Under the pieces are notes generated by a model that worked only from the letters and a program-made list of their open reading frames with translations, was not told the DNA's origin and did not search any database. Shown here piece by piece: positions 22,808 to 36,988 of a stretch of 64,000 nucleotides of DNA (within the stretch, counting starts at the first letter, position 1; every line of letters begins with the position of its first letter). The translations under genes and the position numbers were made by a program. Location of the stretch: the NCBI RefSeq assembly GCF_026571515.1, contig NW_026859122.1, positions 124,001-188,000 of the forward strand. The letters run 5' to 3'. The DNA comes from Ruditapes philippinarum (lineage: Eukaryota).

Positions 22808-25800
22808 CTAGGATTGAACTTCATTGTCTGTACCTACAGGAACATCTTGAACTGTCTCATTCTGTAACGTATCATAGTTACCAGCTGTATTCTTGGATAC
22901 TTTTATGTGTAAAATGCTGAAAATTAAATAATAATTAAATAATTTCTGTAATTGATTATAATAATATCAACTTTTTTTAAAAATTTTGTAATTCTTGAAT
23001 TCAACTATTCCTGAATGGCTTCCATACCTCCATCCTTGTCTATGACCGAAGCTGGCTTTGATATGTGGAATGGGAGGTAACATCTGAGGCTTAAAGACAT
23101 AAAAAGAAAATGTCCTTTACCAACATTGCACGTCCCACCAAACCTTTAAGTCATATGGTAACTTTCCAGCTTTACTGGTGGAGGAAGACCTCAGATGCCC
23201 CTAAGTGCATTATTTCAGGTACGAATGTACACCTGAGTAAAATCCCCAACATTCCATAATCTAGCTGGATAGCTTCCTCACATGAAAAAAATCCAAAGAC
23301 CCAGACAGATTCGAACCCACAGCACAGAAGGGCAAGTAGTTTGTGGTAAATAAACTGAACCACTTAACCACGGACATCCATAGCATTATGTAAAAAAAAA
23401 AGATGATAAAATAATAAAATTTTATCTCCCCTAGTCTGGTAGACTACTCACCATGCTATAAATATACATATACCAGAAAGGACAGCTGCCATCAGAAAAC
23501 AAAATCCTGGGTAGAAGTCTATGGTAGCAGTATACACTGTGTTAAACAAACTGGTTGCTGCCAGAGTTGACACACTCTCAAACATACCAATCAAACTGAA
23601 CAACTTTGCTGAAATATGAGAAAATATAATAGAGCCACGTCACGACAAAACCAACATAATGGGTTTGCGACCAGCATGGATTCAGACCAGCCTGCAGATC
23701 CCCGCAGTCTGATCAGGATCCATGCTGTTCGCTTACCAACTCTATTACAAGTATAGAAAGTGATAGCGAACAGCATGGATCCTGATCAGACTGCGCGGAT
23801 GCGCAGGCTGGTCTGGATCCATGCTGGTCGCAAACCCATTATGTTGGTTTTGTCATGACGCGGCTCATATAATATATTAAACTGCAAAACTTTGAAAATT
23901 ACCACATGAAATTAAAAATATTATAACAAGTTGTCATGCCATTATCTATCCATTGGTTTAAATTTTAGTTTAATTTGAACATTTTCATTTCAGCTGATTT
24001 AAGGTTTGGGAATTTACCTTGCTCATTGCTGGAGACCATTCCTGAAGTCATAGATCTGATTCCAGCAGAACTAAATCCTTGCAGAACACCAGATGTGGCA
24101 CCTTTATATAAATGTACAATATATTAGATACAAATGTATGGCATATTGAATTGATGTGATACAATGACTTACTATTATATACATTTTTGTTTGACAGTGT
24201 GTATTTATTCAAACTATGATGAATATATAAAAGTGCTGGTACTGATACTGTATTACTTCCTAAAAAAAGTCTTTCTCATAGATGCGCTTAAATGATAAGC
24301 TGTAAAAACCTGACATTTTCTTACCATTAAAAACAAAAGCAGAGCACTTCACTTTTCTCAGTGCTGTGCAGCTAATTGCAAACTTACTTAATAAAGAGAT
24401 AATTTGAATAAAATGTCATTTTAACCTTGACCTTTGGTTCTTTGACCCTAAACAGGGTACAGCTGAAAAAAACTCATCATGGTGCATCTACACACTAAGT
24501 TTATAGTTCTGTGGTCAATACCAGTTTTATGTTTCATTTTAACAGGTCAACTGACCTTGACCTGACAATAGTTGTGACAGGTACATATACATACAAAGTT
24601 TAAAGTTCCAATGTCAATGCACTTTAATTTAATGGCCAGTTTTATTTTTTCTTATTACACATTCCAGTGACCTTGACCTTTGACCTAACAAGAGCTGTCA
24701 CAGGAGACAGCCAAGCTCGACTAATAAAATACTGGACGCAGTAAGGAGGACAAAACTATGAAAGAAAAATCAATTATGTATAATTATGTATTAAGTTATA
24801 GTAAAAAAATAACATTTGTTAAAATAAATTTCAAGATCAAGGGAAATAATTCTAGAAATAGTCACGCTAGAGTTATGAACCTTGTCACACAACATGTATG
24901 TAATGATAAGAAGTATATATTTGAAGTTTGAAGTAGATACCTTAAAAAGTAACAAAGTTATAATATTTCTTAAAGAAAATCCTAAGTTCAAAGAGAGATA
25001 AATCTGTAAATATTACTTCAAGAGTTATGAACATTGTCACATAAAATACAATTGATTATAAGGAATAAGTATTGGAAGTTTGAGGTAGATACCTTTAAAA
25101 CTAAAAAAGTTATAGTAAAAAATAACATTTTTCTAGTAAAAAAATCTAAGTTGATGGGGAGATAATTCTTGCAATATTGGTGCTAGAGTTATGAACCTTG
25201 TCACATAAGATGGGGATGATGATAAGGTACATTTATTTGAAGTATGAAGTTGATCCCTTTAGAAATAAATAAGTTACAGTAAAAAATAGTACTTTTTAAG
25301 GAAAATTCTAAGTTCAAGGGGAGATAAATCTGAAAATATTGGTGCTAGAGTTATGAACCTTGTCACATAAGATGGGGATGATGATAAGGTACATATATTT
25401 GAAGTATGAGGTTGATCCCTTCAGAAATAAAGAAGTAACAGTAAAAAATAGTATTTTTTAAGGAAAATTCTAAGTTCAAGGGGAGATAAATCTGAAAAGA
25501 TTGGTGCTAGAGTTATGAACCTTGTCACATAAGATGTGGTTGATGATAAGGAACATATATTTGAAGTTTGAAGTTGATACCTTACGAAATGACAAAGTTA
25601 TAGTGAAAAATATTTTACTGCACCAAAACTTTAATCTGGACGCGGACGCCGGGGCGAGTAGGACAGCTCTCCATATACTTCGTATAGTCTAGCTAAAAAT
25701 GGGTGTGGCAGGCACAACTCATCAAGATGCATCCATATACAAAGTTTTAATGTTATCAATTCACATGTTTCCAAGTTAAGACTATTTAACCAAAAAGGTT

Positions 25801-28800
25801 TTGTTCAGAGGAGCACTATACTAGCAAATTACTGGAATTACTAGTATACTTTAAGCAAACAGTTGAGAATCCAAATAAATGCTAGATATTTGGTTTCTCT
25901 GTTGGCATCAGTAAAAGTCCATTAGTGTAATCTATGTATAAAATCAAGATCTACAGTTGTGTACCCATGTTTTTTTTTCTGCTGCACAAAAATGTATTTA
26001 TTTCAAATACATCAAGTGTGTACATGTGTATCTTTTAAAAATCTTTTAGCTAAAATGAAGGACAATACACACTAAACTGTACTTTATTTTGGTGATTGAA
26101 ATAAAATATACCATAATGATTGCTTTTGTGTGCAATACATGTATATATCAATATGCCATAATATGATTTTCAATTAGATAGTGAAAAAAAAAATCAGTGA
26201 AATACAAGTCATATCACACTGTTTGAATTTGAATGAGATATTAATTGTTGGTACATGTATATAATATAATTATATAATACATAATAGTATAAAGATATAG
26301 CGAACAAGAATACATAAAAGACAAACATTTTCAAGATATCATGGATTAAGTCATTTAGTGTAATATAGTGCACATTCACTGGATACAAACAAATGCTCTT
26401 CTGAAAAGATATTCTGTTTACATTGTAAAACAGCTCAAATGTAATTAAGAGTCATAGATAAGATCAGAAAAAGGAAAAGCGTTTTGGTCTTCAGGTTTCT
26501 TATAATAAAAAATAGTACTAGAACTCTGCAAGTCGGATGTGTCGCCTTGTGAACAATATAGTTTAGGAGAAATGGCCAGGACAAAAATGAAATATGAAAA
26601 TTAACAAAGGGCAATAACTCAAAAAATAAGAAGTGCAGAGCAGCAGTTTCTGTGCACTGCTCTTCTTATCAATAAAATCCATCATCCTATGAAGTTTCAA
26701 GTCTATAGCTTTTATAATTTATGAGAAATGGCCTGGACAAAAATAAAGTACGAAAATTTATAAGTTTGAAGTCAATCCGACTTATAATGACTGACTTATG
26801 CTCCAGAAAGCTTAAGGGGATGCCGACACCGACACAGACAAACGTAACCCCTACATATCGCCTTTTTCAAGGCGACACAATAAACATGATAACTATATAT
26901 ATGTACATTAATTACTTACTGAACTGAATATCTTAAACAAACATGTCTGTCTTTATTCCAGACAAACTATTCAGCATTTTTAGGGAAAATTTCAAAATAT
27001 CTAATGACTGAATAGCAAACAGTGCAGACCATGATCAGACTGCATGGATGTACCAGCTGATCTTGGTCTGCACTGTAGTCACATGATATATTCACTTGCA
27101 GCAAGCAGGCTTATAAGCTGTATTAACTCTTAAAAATATTTTTTCTTTAAATCATTGCTGTTATAATAGTCATCACACAGTTTTTAATATAATCATAAAA
27201 TTGTCCAAAGCAATGTACATGCCCATCTTATAATAAAAAAAAAAAATGAAGAAGTCAGCTTTAAGATAGCTTTTTATCTTTATATTTTGATTTAGCTTAT
27301 AATGTCATGGTTGAAAAGTAGATTACATTTGTAATTGAAAATAAAATCAGTAGACAAAAACTTTTATAATCAGTAATGTTGTACCAGAATAAATTCTGTG
27401 TTACTGACTAAACATCATAAATGTTAGTTTTGTTGTCATGGTTAACTGATGGAGGAAGATCTCCAGTATAATTCTGAGCATTATTTTAGGCATGAAAGGC
27501 ACCGGAGTAGAATCCTGGATGTTCCTCATAAGATTAAGAAAGAATCTTAAGTCCCTGTTGGGATTTGAGCCCACAGTAGTGAAGGGTAAGTGGTTTGAAG
27601 TGACCTTAACCACTAAGCCACAAAGGCCCCCCTCCCCTTTAACAACGTCTCAAGGTTTTTTTTATGGAATTATTATAGGAATATATCTGCTAACACCATC
27701 TTTCGATGGCACCCTATCTCAAACCTCCTCTAATATCAAGATAGATCCAGGTTTCTTTCTATTAGAACAGATAGAGAGTGCCACACAGAAAAAGCTATTT
27801 ATGTCTTTAATTCTTTCAAAATTCTTGTCCTTACAATGTATTAGACATACCAGTATAGATTATGTATAGATAAATGAAAACACACTATTAAAAGAGAAAT
27901 ACATTGTAAGTCTAACTCAATATTTTATGTTTTTTACCTTGTTCAGATATTTTATACTGCAAAATATAAAGTTATAAAATATACAATATACATTGTTAGA
28001 TCAAATGAAACAAAAGTGTATTATCTGTGACTGGTATCTTACTGTGATATAAAACATTTGTATCTTTTTTTTGGTTTTATGCCATACCAACACAGTCAAA
28101 GTAAGTCATAATGTAAGACAAATTTTACTTGTGGAGATATACCTTAAATGCGTGTGCATTATTTCAGCCTAGAACAGGCACATGAGTATAATCATAAACC
28201 TTACATTAAATAGCTGAAAATCTGCGTCACATAAGACAATACATAATTCCTGACATGATTCATATAACAGTGTAGCAATACCACGTCCACTCCTATACAA
28301 ATAACTACCAAGGTTATACAAATTGTTTGATTAAACAGCTTATATACTGAAGGAGATACAATATTCTGCTGCAAGCTTATAATTTCCCCCGTAGACTGGT
28401 GCATATACCAAAGAAAATATACCAAAGAAATTGGTACAGAAATAAGATACTAATGGCTATTTTCTTTTTTTCAAATTGAGCATAAGTTGTCTTGGAAATG
28501 ATGCCAAAAATGGCATCAAGGTCACATTGTATTGCTACACTGTATGCTACACTGTGGGGCCTGTGATTCAAGTCAATGGTAACCAATTAACCAGAAACCA
28601 CAGTTATTGTGTTTTGTTGAAATATTTAATCAAAGAAAACAAACCTATAAAAAGCACAACTGTTGATCTTCCCAATCCGAGAACAATGAGGCTAGCTGTC
28701 TTTGAAACAAGTCCTACTACTAGTATCATAGTATCTCTTACTCCAAATTTCCTCTTCAGAAGTGGAAGGAATGTTAGTACCGCTATACCTCGTAGGAATG

Positions 28801-30272
28801 ATTCTAAACCGTCGTACAGTCCTAGAGTTGTCTGTGACCAGTTAAAAGGTCGGTTACGAGTATAAATCAGTAAAATGTCAATCTCACCTACATGAGAGAA
28901 GGGTATAAAAATTGATGTGATAAAAATGTGTAATGTAGCTCCATGATGCCTGCAAAATCATAAAACAAACTGTATAAACAAGAATACACTAAAGGTCATG
29001 GACCTTTCAAGAATCTTCCATTTGTCTGCGTATTTCATAGTGCATTAGCAGTTAGAGCAAAAGTGTAAAACAACACACACACAAAAAAACATTTTTAGCA
29101 CATGTGTTCTTGAATTACAAATCCCCAAATTCTTTAATATTTTTCAAATTATTATCTGGTTAAGCATTATTAAGTCCTTTAAATAATGGATATTATATAA
29201 ACTTAGTAATGTAGAGAAATGATTCTTTAACACTGCATTTATGTTAAAGTTTTATATACCTACTGATACTACATTGTACATGATAATAACTTTTATTAAA
29301 TAATTAAGTTAATGTTTAATGTTTAAGTATATAATTTAACATGTAATAATAGAGAAAACCCGCCAAAATAATTTGTTATTTTAAATTTAAAATATATTGT
29401 TTAATGTTATACATACCTATTGACACCAACATCAGGATAAATATGATAAAAATTGCTAATGCCAGGTTTAAAAAGTTCTCGTTCCTGCGGCTCTGATACA
29501 CGCACATGAATGCATCTTTTATGGTATCAAGAAACAATGATCTGCAACTACTTTTTCTGTCACTGTTAGCATCCAGAGTCTGTTCAGAGGGAATGCTGTC
29601 TACCCAAACAATTGTATATATTAAAGCAAGCATCATTAATCCTGCTAGAAAACTAAACACAAATACATAACTTGTCTTATCGAGGATCACACCTGATATT
29701 GCTGTGCCAACAGTTGCTGACAGGAATATCATACCTTCTAGTATTCCTATCTTTATGGTACGGTAAGACGGAGATGACACATAGGCGATGTAACTATACA
29801 TTGACATTAATGCTGCTATAAAACCTCCAAGAAGTCCATTTAGAAACTGTCCAAATAGTAAATACACAAGAGGTGCATCCATATAAACGGAATTTATCAT
29901 GTTACTAACTGAAACTAAAAATGAACCTACTAAGGGGCAGATAACTGGTATTTTTCTATTAACTGTGTCTCCCCAGGGACCTAGGAACAATACTACACTA
30001 AACAGTGAGGGCAATCCCATAGCAAGGTTATTATATAACAGCCATGTTGATGTTTCCTTCTGTACAACATCCTCTTCTTCTTTATATGTTATATTGCCTA
30101 GTTGTGAACATATTGTTGAATTGTAATGTTCTTTACAAACTTTGTCATATACTAGAGCCTGGAATGTCAAGTTAGATAAGAATACTGTAAACATGTACAG
30201 AAACATCACTGGTTCGACTGTAATTGACTTCATGTCAAACTTGTGTGACCGTATCTTAATAATGTAAGCCAT
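22808..30272 (-). CDS. SLC46-family (proton-coupled folate transporter / SLC46A3-like) MFS transporter, 482 aa (exons 29417-30272, 28645-28887, 24018-24101, 23452-23608, 22808-22916)
   Basis: accATGG start and family motifs ITVEPVMFLY, VYDKVC, EEDVVQKETSTW, LGPWGDTVNRK, GEIDILLIYTRNRPFNWS, IRSMTSGMVSSNEQAKLFS, FNTVYTATIDFYPGFCFL. The exons sum to 1449 nt in frame. The exact orthologue cannot be assigned. Confidence 0.92.
23150..23378 (-). mobile_element. tRNA-derived SINE copy (V-SINE/RUDI-like)
   Basis: CTTTACTGGTGGAGGAAGACCTCAGATGCCC...CTAGCTGGATAGCTTCCTCACATG...GATTCGAACCCACAGC. Confidence 0.8.
23632..23866. mobile_element. Near-perfect palindromic (fold-back) MITE
   Basis: GAGCCACGTCACGACAAAACCAACATAATGGGTTTGCGACCAGCATGGA... 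is mirrored by ...TCCATGCTGGTCGCAAACCCATTATGTTGGTTTTGTCATGACGCGGCTC; arms are about 100 bp. Confidence 0.9.
24688..25698 (+). mobile_element. HINE-like element carrying about 5 tandem ~162-bp units
   Basis: ACAAGAGCTGTCACAGGAGACAGC 5' hairpin; TCTAAGTT recurs at 25145, 25307 and 25469 (period 162); 3' hairpin TATACTTCGTATA then GCTAAAAA. A shorter relative lies at ~41314-41713. Confidence 0.75.
27446..27630 (-). mobile_element. tRNA-derived SINE copy, degenerate
   Basis: GATGGAGGAAGATCTCCAG...GGGATTTGAGCCCACAGTAGTGAAGGGTAAGTGGTTTGAAGTGACCTTAACCACT. Confidence 0.7.
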
Positions 30273-31446
30273 GGTTGAGAAATGGTTCTTTTTTTTTTTA
30301 CTTGTGGTTAAACGTTTCAAATTCTTCAACTTTTTAACTTCTCTCAGAATCTCTGGGACCTGGAAAAAAAGTTAACATACAATAATACTGAAGGCTTGGC
30401 AAGAGTTTTAACTCATATGACATGAAGAAGGAGTTATAGCTGTTTGGCATCAAGCCCTTGATACATCTTATTACAGCTAAGATCATGGCCTATCTGCTGC
30501 ATACTTACTTTCAGGTCAACAGTTCTTTCTTTTTTCATGATCTTGTATTATTAATGAACATATAGTGTAAAATGGATGAAACAAATACCCTGGCTTGCCT
30601 TTTATTTGAGAATTATTATGTTGTTTACAAATGATTACAGACTGTCCTAATAATAACTATACATAAACTTTTGTTGAGGACCACAAGGTTATGCTTAAAA
30701 CAAAATATCTAATTTCTGGGCCATGTTGGTTTTTTCCTCAAAAAAAAAATAATTTTTTTCCTTTACTAGTCTATGTAACAAATGTGATCCCAAGTCTGGC
30801 AATTTTTATCCAAGGGGCATGATTGAAATAAACTTGTGTTGTCCAGAATTAAATGCTTTTAAGTTTAGTCTAAATCTGAAGGAATTGGGGATAACAGTAC
30901 ACAATAGACAATAAGCATTATTAAGCTCTGTTAATTGTAAAATGTTTGAAATTTTCTTATTTTCAATGTTAGAAGTCCCTTCAATTTGTATAAATTTGTA
31001 AGATGTTAACAAGTAAGATTGGTAAGAATTTGCCATTGACTGAAACATACATGTATTTCTATTTCAAGCACTTAATCTGGCCCTAAAAGTTACCAACCAA
31101 ATTGTTCTGAAAAAATCTAATAGAGGACCAACAAATGATATGGCAAGTCTGGTGATGATGCATTTATTAGCTCAGAAATTAATTCTAATTTTAGCTCTAG
31201 GTTCTCATTCAAGTGTTCAACCATCTTATTAGCAAACTTAAAAGATCATTTAAAGATGCTCACACTTAAACATGGGATGAATAATCCTATTACAAAGTAG
31301 ATGGTTATTAAAGATATTTCTAGCTTTAGTTGTAATTTGAATAAACTTGACAGAGGACCATATAACAAGTTGCCTCACACATTTAGTCTCAAAATCACTT
31401 ACCCTACCTTCATTCAACTTTAATCACAATGATATTAAAATATTCT

Positions 31447-31769
31447 CAGGGCCAAAAAACTCTTCTTTGTAGAGGCCGAATATAGGCTGCTTCCCTAACC
31501 AAACTAGCCTCTTTTTTCCCTAGTTTGGGCCTCAAAATTCCCCAGTCTTTTGAAATTTCCCAAAGAATTTAGAACAAAATTAAATGATGGTGTCTTTTTA
31601 CTGCCTTATTAGTATTTCCCAGTGCTTTTTGCTTTTCTATTTCGAAGAACTTGTTAAAAGTTTTAGTTAAATTTGAGACCCCTTTTCCCAAAGTATGCCA
31701 AAATCATGCATATTTTCCACTCAAGAAAAAGGCTGAGGCCCCTTCCCCAAAAGTGGTGTTTTTGCCCTG
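31447..31769. mobile_element. hAT5-like MITE with 5-bp TSD
   Basis: CAGGGC...GCCCTG termini; ATTCT duplicated at 31442-31446 and 31770-31774; internal TTCCC repeats. Confidence 0.7.
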
Positions 31770-32009
31770 ATTCTAAATCTCATGCATTGAAAAAATGGTA
31801 ATTATTCATGTTTTCATTTGGTAATCATCTCATAAACTTTTTTATTCTGATCACAATTTTCATCTTCTGCTGTAGCATATAAAACAGGAAAACTCTCTTC
31901 AAATCTGTTCTTATTTAATTTTATCTATAATTTTGTTTACATAATGCTACTGTTTAGATTTTATAATAAGAAACATTAGCAACCACATTCAACTTAACAC
32001 AGTCACAGT

Positions 32010-33370
32010 TTGGGGGTCAGATTCTGCCCCCCCCCCCCCACATGTGATATGCCCCTGTAAACACTCTATCAAAACTTTTTTATTATTTAAGGTTATTCCA
32101 CTTTGTCAGCCATGTTTGTTTTCACTTAGTCTGTCCAACGTGAAAGTAGGCCAAAATTCATATAATAACAAAGCTCACAATGTAAAATGATGAGCCATTT
32201 GCATGTACACGTCCAGTTCTATGTATAAAGGACTATTTTTAACAAAAATAAAAATGATAACAATAAGAAAATTTACCTTGAATGTGCTAAATTTCTGAAG
32301 ACCAAGTATAATCTGTTGTAAAGTTTTATGCACATATCATGAATGGCAAAATCCAGTTTAAAGTCAGTTTTACTGTGCAGACAATTGCTATTTTTTGCAG
32401 AAAACACAAAAAACTTGCAAAAACTTAAATCTTAGGAAAGTAGTTTATCTGACCTTGAAAAAACATGGCCTACATGCCATGTGAAAAAAAGGAGTACCAT
32501 GAAAATAAACATTATTTACCTATTTCTTGTGTACATGACAAACAGACACACTTCACTGTTACACAATATAAAGGTTAGATTTTAAAGTCTGATTATGTTT
32601 TCATTTTAATTGTACTTCATAAGGCTAAAAATGCACAGGTGCTTGAAACAAACTTTTTAAAGTTTTAAATGGGCTATATACTATAATAAGATATATATTT
32701 TTATATACATATATAGACCGGTTATGTAAAATATTTGATTATGTGACTAGCGCCTGTGTATAAATGGTGATTGTCTTCTTGCACTACTTTTTTACAAAAA
32801 ATAATGGAGGCCATGTGCTTAGAAGGACATGAGATACTGATTTATTTGGAATTAAGTTTTAAAAGATTTCTGTATTTGCTGCAAAAAATAGCTTTTGTTG
32901 GCACTAAAGCAGACTTTAAAATGGATTATGCCATTCATGAAATGTATATAAAACTTTGCAACATAATGTTCTTGGTCTTCAGAAATATAGCACATTCAAG
33001 GTAAATATTCTTATTGATATCATTTTTATTTTGGTTGTTAATTGTCCTTAAAACATAAACCTGGAAGCATACATGCAAATGACTCATCATTTTACATCGT
33101 GAGCTTTGTTATTATATGAATTTTGGCCTACTTTCACTTTTGACAGACTTTGTGAAAACAAACATGGCTGACAAAGTGGAATCACCTTAAACACTAATGG
33201 GACATTTATTGGGACTTGATGGTATATGATATTTTTTCATATATGTAAAAATTGTTTGAAAACCAGTTTTATCGTTGTAATAGTAGTCCCATTCGTGTTT
33301 AAATATTAAAATAGTTTTGAAACAGTGTTTACAGGGGCATATCACGTTGGGGGCAGAATCTGACCCCCAA
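32010..33370. mobile_element. MITE with ~60-bp inverted ends hosting a nested fold-back element
   Basis: TTGGGGGTCAGATTCTGCCCCC..GTGATATGCCCCTGTAAACACT is mirrored by AGTGTTTACAGGGGCATATCAC..GGGGGCAGAATCTGACCCCCAA. Confidence 0.75.
32091..33186. mobile_element. Kolobok-like fold-back element with ~430-bp imperfect inverted arms and TTAA TSD
   Basis: TTAA-GGTTATTCCACTTTGTCAGCCATGTTTGTTTTCAC ... GTGAAAACAAACATGGCTGACAAAGTGGAATCACC-TTAA. Confidence 0.85.
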
Positions 33371-33386
33371 GAGTCTGTCCTGTAAC

Positions 33387-33819
33387 TAAGGCTCCCACGT
33401 TTACAATTTTTTGTAAACGTTTACACGATTGCTAAGAACCGAAACGATACCGTTTAAACGGTGATACCTCTATGTACTATACACATCATGTATTTAAGTC
33501 GACAAATGGTGTCTTTCCTTCTATTTTTTACACATGTACAAATAAAGAATGTTCAGGGCTCATCACGATTGAGTCAGCACACATTTTTTGCATTGTAACC
33601 CCATTTTTTACCAAAAATGTATTTTGTCACGAGCAATTGCTGTGTGGAGGGTACTTTGGAATAAACCACTAGAATTGATAAAATCCATGATTACAGGCAA
33701 TGATTAAGAAATTTTGTAAGACAATGTGGTCATTTCGATTAAACGGTAAACAATATCGTAAACGTTTATGAATGAAAATCGAAACGAACCCGTTTAAACG
33801 TGTAATCGTAGGGGCCTTA
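33387..33819. mobile_element. hAT-type MITE with 8-bp TSD
   Basis: TAAGGCTCCCACG...CGTAGGGGCCTTA termini; CCTGTAAC duplicated at 33379-33386 and 33820-33827; subterminal CGTTTAAACG/TAAACGTTTA palindromes. Confidence 0.85.
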
Positions 33820-36106
33820 CCTGTAACCATCTAGCCTGGCACATTGGTTTGGCCAATTTAACTGGGTAAACGCTTACTAATGAACAATAACCAACTTAGT
33901 ATTTGAAAGAATTTTTTTTTATTTTTTTAATTATTTCATTATGACAACTCTTACAAATGGTTCAGTTCTGTTTTTCAAATAATATTAATTTAATTTACTT
34001 CTTATATTCGGTGGATGGCCTAATAAATTACCTACTTGATTTCTTTTTCTGTTCAAAGTCTCGGGACATTAGATAGGGATAGAACCTGTCTAAAGCCGTT
34101 ACATAATGGCTGACACTAAACTCCGTATAAACGGATTTTTATTACAACTGCTATAAATTATAAACTTTCCAATAGCAGCTATGATCGAGATCGCTGATCC
34201 TCTAGATTAAATACTGGCTAATCATATGTATTAGACATATCTTTCCTGATCAGATAACTGTGTGTACATTATCAGCATAGGACATATAGCCCACTGTGAT
34301 CTGGGACACCCCAGTCAGAGTATACACCCTAGCTACCCCCAAGTCCCAATTACAACCAAATAAAAAAATATGAATAAAAGTCAGTTTGCGCAATAAGTAT
34401 TCATAACAACAATATTAGACAATTTTCAATATACCCCTATTGTATAATTAATTGTCATATCTATATCAAATACTTATCATATTCCATTAGCCTATTTTTT
34501 ATTTTCCAGGTATTTTTCCTTATATATTCCTTATTGTACTTATAGTAACAAAGTTCTGTCAAAATATCAAAAAATGTAAAATAAAGAGGCCATGATAAAT
34601 TGTTGTGAAAACAATACTGTTTCTTTTGGACACTTACAGCTCAGACTTGGCTAGTGCCTTGTCTAGGTTTGACAGCTTTGTACTTGTTCAACAGAATTCA
34701 GTATTGTACTTAACAATGTATTACAACCTCATATTTATCAAACAGATAATAAAGCATGTACATGACTAAGTATATTTTTACAACTTGATTAGCTTCTTTG
34801 TAGTGCATATTACATCTAACAAATTCAAGTCCTTCACAAGACATCTATTGAATACAGTTTGTATAACACCATTCTTCTTGTCCATTTGATTCAGCATATC
34901 AGGTTAAAACTAGTACCAAGACCTCCAACAGACACTTAGGTAGCTGCCCACACATTACTAAAACTGCCGCCAAACCCAGACATTTAACATACAGACAATT
35001 CTTTAAACACAATGAACACATAATGATTTATTTTTATTTTATTGGTATATCTGCAACAAAATGTAGCCAAATTATTCAAATAGCTAGTCGTTGAACAGTA
35101 ATGTAAAGTAATAAAAAGCTCTCTTTCAGTCAACATGTGCTAAAAATGTATGAAAACGGGGTTATTTAATCACAAAAGCATTATACTACAAGTAAGTATA
35201 TACATTTGTACATATAAATATAATAGTATCACAACTACTAAGTCTAGTGTCTAGAAACAGTCATGTCCATTTTGTATCATTTTTGCAAGTGGTATCATTG
35301 GCCAAGAACTATAACTATGTGTATAAAGCAGGAAGCAGATTTGAGAGCATTTTTACTCTTTTATAGTGTCAGGAACAGTTATAAAATACCTATGCTATCA
35401 TTATATAGACATGCTAGTCTGCATGTCTGTGCATTCTGACCAATTTTTAATACTGTCATACTGTATCTTATGCATTGTAAATCTATTTAGGAGAAGGTCT
35501 TTATAAACTCAGCTGTCGGACCCAATCCTTCTACAATAATTCATGCCTGTATTGTGTAAATTAATAATTGGTATTATTTGTATATTATATACTGTGAAAC
35601 TTTTTTAAATAAACTATGTTTAAACTAAATTTTGAATATTGAAATTAAGGTGCAAATTTTCAGCAGGAAAACAATAGCACAATTACAGTATGGTAAATAA
35701 ACTCACAAGTTACTTACAATCATGATAGCTCAATTACAAGAAATTACTTAAACTTATTTTAAATTTTTTATGTATATAGAGCTATATATTTGATTAAACA
35801 AATATTATTTTTATTTTAATTACTTCCAATATACCTGTGTGAAAGAAAAATGTTTATATATTTGAAATTCCTTAACAGCGAATGATGCATGCATAAAGTC
35901 ATTACTAAATCCTACCTAAAATAATAATAATAAGCATAATACTTTATTCCAGAACATTTTATTCTGTGTACATATAATATTCATGTGTTTAAAATTACAG
36001 AGATAGTCTATGCTACAACTCTTTGGAGAATCAGACATTACGTTATGTAAACAATACACTTCTCCTTTAATAAATATATACAAAATGTTCATAACATATA
36101 GCTTAA

Positions 36107-36450
36107 AGGGACTCCACTGAGGTTTTTTGACATGATGGGACTGAAAATATTTTTTCCAGATAATTGAACCATTTGATGTAGGTTAAGACCACTAATCTTT
36201 GTGCAAAATTTCAGATCATTCGCGCACACGGTTTTTCCAGAATAATTATTCAAATTGTAAAAAAATGACCTAAACTGATAAGCGTTTGAACACTTTTCAC
36301 TCAAATTAGGCTAAGAAAAGCATAGAAATACGATTTTCAATTTATTTCAAAGTATATTTCTTAACTATCTTTGTTTAAAGTGCCCCAGCTCATTTATGTA
36401 AGAAATTCAAGTGTTATGTTTTTAGACTTTTAAACCTCAGTGGAGTCCCT
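36107..36450. mobile_element. Kolobok-like MITE
   Basis: TTAA-AGGGACTCCACTGAGGTTT ... AAACCTCAGTGGAGTCCCT-TTAA (perfect 19-bp TIR). Confidence 0.85.
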
Positions 36451-36988
36451 TTAAAGCTTCACAACAACAGATGCGTAAAGAAACTTTTTAAAAAAAAAGT
36501 GAAGAAAAATAACATGGGATTGTTTAAAAAATGTATCAATATATTTTATGCAAGACATGGTAGAATACAAGTAAACTATCATTAAAGTGATAATTCTACC
36601 CCGCTATGTGTGGAATATGGGATCATTTTGCTTATTCTGACATGTTACCAGTAGCTTCTTTTGGAAGTTGATGCCTTTTGTTTTGTTAATTTTGCTTTAC
36701 TTTTTTTATTTCTCAATATTGTTCATTAGCTAACACAATATTAGAATCTGCATGAAAATTAACACAAATCTGAATGCATGCTGCTTTAACCTTTACCAAA
36801 TTATATTTATGCTACAGATTTGTCTAGTTTTGAGTTTGGAATTGTCTTCTGTTAATTTATTCACAATACTAAAAATAAGGAAGCTTTATAAAAAGTCTAG
36901 TGTGACTATCTGACAGAATCAGTGGCAAAGCCTGTCATATCAATTAGCTGTTAATTGGCTCATATGAGTCAAGTTTTGAATTATGCTG

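Noticed and set aside
28476-30126. Plus-strand ORFs 28476-28865 and 29899-30126
   Set aside because: They are antisense shadows of SLC46 exons. The same applies to 46372-46644 (TBCE) and 17546-17746.
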